Shown: piece after piece, positions 59,803 through 63,661 of the stretch | How the letters are laid out: each line of letters opens with the position of its first letter | Numbering within the stretch: position 1 is the stretch's first letter | Source of the DNA: an uncultured archaeon | GTDB taxonomy: Archaea; Asgardarchaeota; Lokiarchaeia; Sigyniarchaeales; SOKP01 | Assembly (NCBI GenBank): GCA_964388035.1 | Contig: CAYLZE010000015.1 | Span: forward strand, 1-63,661 | DNA length: 63,661 bases | Reading direction: 5' to 3' | Notes under the pieces: model-generated | Database searches by the model: none | What the model was told of the DNA's origin: nothing | The model's input: only the letters and a program-made list of their open reading frames with translations | Translations under genes and position numbers: made by a program

Positions 59803-61593
59803 ATGAATGAAGATCAAAATAAGCAATCCGCAATAGAATTTTATCATCAAGGCAGTAAATTTGCCTCAATTAACGATTTTGAGAAGGCTCTTGAATATCA
59901 CCAAAAAGCCGTGGATTTATTTCCCGAATATGAGGATGCATTAGCGGATTTAGGAGCAGACTATTATATGATGAAGGATTACGATAATGCTCTATTAAAT
60001 TTTGATAAGGCTTTAACATTAAACCCTAATCTTGGTAAAGTGTGGTATAATAAAGGGCAAATTTTAATGGAAAAGGGACTACTTTTAGGTGCAGTGATCT
60101 GCTATAAAGAAGCGAAAAAAATTAACCCCGATGATAAATATGCAACATCCAATTACCAATATATAATGAATGAGTTGTCAATAAGAGATATGGGCAATGA
60201 AGAAGGATTGGAAAACCAAATTCAATTAATTTCTAAACCATTGCCAAGTTTCGATTTAAATGAATTAATTATAGAAATTAAAGAAAAGCATAGATCAAGC
60301 ATTATTATGTCATTCGTTTTTGGGCAAAATAAATATGTTGATTTTGCCGGAGCACGTATTCTGGAAAAAGAAGCCTTGGCACTTCACGAAATTGAAGAGT
60401 ACACCAATGATAGAAAATTCCAAGTCAAAAGTAGAATTGGTTTAAAAGATAATAAGCCACAGTTTACTATAAAAAGGGGTAAAGTAAATGCTATTGGGTT
60501 ATATGATAATGGTCTACAAGCACTCCCAGAATCAATCGGTAATTTCACATTGCTTGAAATGTTAAATTTATCAAAGAATAGTCTTAAAGAACTTCCACAA
60601 TCCATTAAAAATCTCGTGATACTCAAAGATCTTAATTTATCGGAAAATTCTTTTAATGAACTGCCTAAACCAATTTTTAACTTACATTTTCTTAAATATC
60701 TTCACATAGATAATAACAGTCCGCAAATGTCTCTTTCCTCCACAATTCTAAATTTACTTTCATTAAAAATACTCAGTTTGACTAAAAACAAAGATTTTAC
60801 CAAAGAAACTAAAGATCTTATAAAGAAATTAAAAAAGCGAAAAGTTAAAATACTTTTTAATAATAAGCCATATGAACCCATTAGACCAATGAAATCCACC
60901 ACTTCATATAGTTCATTTAAGTATACTTCCCCTTTTGAACAAATGAGTTCATTTCTAGTAGCTATTAAACAAAAAAATTATAAAACAGCCCTAGCATATT
61001 ATGAACAATCATATAAATTACGAAATCTCTTAAAAACAAGTAATACGGATATAAAATCCAATTTATTGGAAATGATAAAAAATCAAGAGATTAATGAAAG
61101 GTACCAAAGAATTGAGGGTAAGTTAAAAAAAGTCGAATCTGAACTGATATATGAGGGTGAATATGAAGATATCGTTAAAATGTGTGATGATGTGATTTTT
61201 TTTGAAAATTTTAACCCAATTGCATGGTATTGGAAAGGGAAGGCATTAACGGCTTTAGGTCGTGATGAAGAAGCTTTTGAATGTTTTGAGAATGCTTTAG
61301 GATTACCTAATTTCGGATTGATAATGAATAGCATTACAGTATCTTCAACATTACTTTCTGGAGGAAAGGAGAAAATTAATCTTCGCAAAACTGAATTTTC
61401 AGAAAAAAGCATCCCTCTATTCCCAGGTGCAAAAATATGGAGCCAGTCAGGGGCCTATACGCAAACCTTCGGTCAGTTTGAAGCGGCACTTTATTGTTAT
61501 GAAAAAGCCCTTGATATCAATCCAAATTATCAACCAGCATTGAGAAATAAAAAGCGAGTCATTCAATTACTTAAATCTGAAGGACTAAGATAA
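59803..61593 (+). CDS. TPR-LRR-TPR protein
   Basis: N-terminal TPRs, central LRRs (LQALPESIGNFTLLEMLNLSKNSLKELPQSIKNL..LKDLNLSEN.F.ELP), C-terminal TPRs. Confidence 0.9.
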   Translation: MNEDQNKQSAIEFYHQGSKFASINDFEKALEYHQKAVDLFPEYEDALADLGADYYMMKDYDNALLNFDKALTLNPNLGKVWYNKGQILMEKGLLLGAVICYKEAKKINPDDKYATSNYQYIMNELSIRDMGNEEGLENQIQLISKPLPSFDLNELIIEIKEKHRSSIIMSFVFGQNKYVDFAGARILEKEALALHEIEEYTNDRKFQVKSRIGLKDNKPQFTIKRGKVNAIGLYDNGLQALPESIGNFTLLEMLNLSKNSLKELPQSIKNLVILKDLNLSENSFNELPKPIFNLHFLKYLHIDNNSPQMSLSSTILNLLSLKILSLTKNKDFTKETKDLIKKLKKRKVKILFNNKPYEPIRPMKSTTSYSSFKYTSPFEQMSSFLVAIKQKNYKTALAYYEQSYKLRNLLKTSNTDIKSNLLEMIKNQEINERYQRIEGKLKKVESELIYEGEYEDIVKMCDDVIFFENFNPIAWYWKGKALTALGRDEEAFECFENALGLPNFGLIMNSITVSSTLLSGGKEKINLRKTEFSEKSIPLFPGAKIWSQSGAYTQTFGQFEAALYCYEKALDINPNYQPALRNKKRVIQLLKSEGLR

Positions 61594-61667
61594 CCCACGA
61601 TAGATCTAATCATGTATTAGCAGACATGTTCTCAATTTTTTTTTGTCTTGATTTTTTTTTGAAGAAG

Positions 61668-62939
61668 TTAATATTCTTCCTCTGATAACGTTGGAATTTC
61701 TCTAGACTCAATATGAGCATAATATGGGGTGATATGTTTGAAGACCATGAAAAATGCAACCAAAGCTAATATACACATGAGGATACCCCACCAATATGCT
61801 TGGGAAACAGTTAAGATAAAGCTTCCCACAATGGGACCGAATATTTGAGCCATGCTGTCTAAAGTCGTGGTGTAGCCATTAATTTTTCCCATTTCCTTCC
61901 GTGAGACCGTTTGAGTTACCTTACTTATCAATAATCCCCGACAACAGGATACTCCATAACTCACAATTACCATTAATACGGTAAATCCGATAACATCCTG
62001 CACAAAACCTATTAAAAAGAATGTGATAACAAGGATTAATAGTCCAACTCGTGTCATGTTTTTCTCTCCCAATAATTTAAGAGTAGGTTTAAATAGAGTA
62101 AACCGCACGATTGCTCGAGAAATGCCCGAGATGGTTAATAGAAAAGAAATCCCTATCACATCAAGATTTAAAACGATTCCAAGATAGATAGTGAGTGTTG
62201 TTACGTAAATCGTGAAGGAAAATGTGTGAAATGTATATTGAGTCATTAAATACATCGCATCTTTATTTTTTCTGAGTTTAAATTTGATTTTGAAATCTTT
62301 TCTTGATTTTAATCGGTCTTCTTTAGACCAGGATTCCTCTACGAAAAATATAGTAATCAAAATGGTAGTAAAGCTTAATCCTGCCGATCCTATCCCAACT
62401 GTAAATACTGGGTAATTAGGACCCAAGAGTTGTACAACAGACAAAAATCCCCCGATACCCGGTCCGACCAATCCCGCAAATACCATGACCACTCCGATAT
62501 TCGTCATTTGTAATCCTCTATTTTGAGGCGGTACTTTATCGCTGATAATGGCTTTTACCATGGGAAAATTTCCGCCAAATATCCCATCTACTGTTCTTGC
62601 TATGAAAAGTAAAGCCACGGTATCAGAGAAAGCTAACATTATAAAAGCCGTGCATGTGCCCATCTGAGATACAATTAAAATGGGCTTCCGCCCAAACTTA
62701 TCGCTTAATTTTCCCCATACGGGAGCGAAAAACAACGTAAATAATGCATTCGTAGCTAATACCAGTCCGATGATAAATGGTGTTGTTTTAAATACATCGA
62801 TAAACGTCGGGAGAAAGGGAATGACGATATAAAATCCCAATACATCTACAAACATGCCGAGCCACAGAGGTGCCAAGCCAAAATCTTGCTTTCCTTCTAC
62901 ATTTGATTCCTTTCCTTTTCCTCTGAAAATAATCTTCAC
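61668..62939 (-). CDS. MFS transporter, DHA1/TetA-like
   Basis: VDVLGF.I..P.LP, WGKLSDKFGRKP, ARTVDG..GGN, GP..GG; 12 TM. Confidence 0.9.
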   Translation of the reverse strand: MKIIFRGKGKESNVEGKQDFGLAPLWLGMFVDVLGFYIVIPFLPTFIDVFKTTPFIIGLVLATNALFTLFFAPVWGKLSDKFGRKPILIVSQMGTCTAFIMLAFSDTVALLFIARTVDGIFGGNFPMVKAIISDKVPPQNRGLQMTNIGVVMVFAGLVGPGIGGFLSVVQLLGPNYPVFTVGIGSAGLSFTTILITIFFVEESWSKEDRLKSRKDFKIKFKLRKNKDAMYLMTQYTFHTFSFTIYVTTLTIYLGIVLNLDVIGISFLLTISGISRAIVRFTLFKPTLKLLGEKNMTRVGLLILVITFFLIGFVQDVIGFTVLMVIVSYGVSCCRGLLISKVTQTVSRKEMGKINGYTTTLDSMAQIFGPIVGSFILTVSQAYWWGILMCILALVAFFMVFKHITPYYAHIESREIPTLSEEEY

Positions 62940-63219
62940 ATCCTTGGATTAAGTTTATACGAATGAGTTATAAAAAGGCAAAAAAGAAAATATCTAAAAA
63001 AGAATAAATGTAAAAATATCCTAAAAAATTTATATTTTTGGCTCTCTTTAAAAATCCTTCCTATGCGGTTTTTTTTAACTCAGTGACTAATAACATTAAA
63101 CGATTTTGACGATTCCTAAAAAGAATTTAAAAAACATGTTGATCTTAGTGGGAGCAATTCTCATCAATGTGACTAAAATGGTTAGATTTTTAGTGTTTAG
63201 AAACTATGGGAGAAAGTTT

Positions 63220-63270
63220 CCAAATTTATTTGGGATGGTTCACCAAATTTATTTGGAATGGTTCACCAAA
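63220..63270. repeat. 23-bp tandem duplication (two copies plus a partial third) covering the start of the last gene
   Basis: ccaaatttatttgggatggttca / ccaaatttatttggaatggttca / ccaaa; one mismatch between copies. Confidence 0.85.
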
Positions 63271-63661
63271 AATTATTCTCAATATTTTTTCTTTTTTTAC
63301 TTTCGACTCTTACTTTCTATTCAACAATATCAACTTCGGCAATTACAAATGTTAATGTAGCTCTAACTTTTAATGAAGATAATGCATATGAGCATGTAAA
63401 GCATCAACTCCAAATTGGTTACAGAATCCCTGGAACTCCCGCATCGAAAGAATGTATAAATTATTTCATGTCTTATTTTAAGAGTTTTGATGGATCTCCC
63501 GCTCTTTACTTGCAAGAATTTGCTATAAATTCTATTTTATGTCAGAATTTATTATATAAATTGAATCCTGAAGAAAAAAATATCGTGATTTTAGCAGCTC
63601 ATTATGATTCACGAGCAAGAGCCACTAAAAATGAAATAAACACCAATCTTCCGGTTCCGGG
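63258..63661 (+). CDS. Secreted M28-family peptidase / glutaminyl-cyclase-like protein (5' part; runs off the right edge)
   Basis: Not in the ORF track. MVHQKLFSIFFLFLLSTLTF...FNEDNAYEHVKHQLQIGYRIPGT...NLL...IVILAAHYDSR...PVP: signal peptide plus the M28 AHYDS zinc-ligand motif. Confidence 0.8.
   Translation, partial: MVHQKLFSIFFLFLLSTLTFYSTISTSAITNVNVALTFNEDNAYEHVKHQLQIGYRIPGTPASKECINYFMSYFKSFDGSPALYLQEFAINSILCQNLLYKLNPEEKNIVILAAHYDSRARATKNEINTNLPVP

Noticed and set aside
63220-63270. Possible CRISPR repeat (partly palindromic 23-mer)
   Set aside because: The copies are directly adjacent with no spacers, there are only two, and no cas genes are in the window.
63106-63360. 84-aa ORF in the track
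   Set aside because: It overlaps the M28 peptidase in another frame, has no recognisable motif, and runs through the tandem duplication.

Overview
AT-rich archaeal chromosome segment, most likely from an Asgard archaeon (Lokiarchaeia-like). This is inferred from a Rab-like small GTPase, two paralogous stand-alone ~7-TM proteins, TPR and TPR-LRR proteins, an SCP2-type thiolase/DUF35 pair and GGAG/GGTGA ribosome-binding sites. Most of the window is anaerobic acyl-CoA and aryl-acid metabolism: two PaaK-like ligases, a Na+:solute symporter, three ACT proteins, IorAB, Bcd-EtfAB, a B12 acyl-CoA mutase with MeaB and CobO, Hbd, crotonase, MaoC, thiolase, and a CoA-transferase-fold pair. Two loci stand out as possibly undescribed systems. 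(1) 33001-36666 encodes two different, highly divergent Ku-core-like proteins plus an atypical ATP-dependent DNA ligase, a candidate heterodimeric-Ku end-joining system. (2) 1-2846 encodes a PqqD/RRE-fused radical SAM enzyme (absent from the ORF track, truncated by the window edge) directly downstream of a large membrane protein ending in GGG-CACACACAG-CACACAG-GGR, a candidate RiPP-like modification of a membrane protein tail. Also notable are a form IV RuBisCO-like protein facing a wHTH/methyltransferase-fold regulator across a 26-bp palindrome, a CoA-transferase-fold pair lacking the catalytic Glu, several small ORFs the track missed, and several ORFs broken by single TAA codons or 1-nt shifts. 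No rRNA, tRNA, CRISPR array or transposase was seen. All family calls come from reading motifs by eye, not from database searches.
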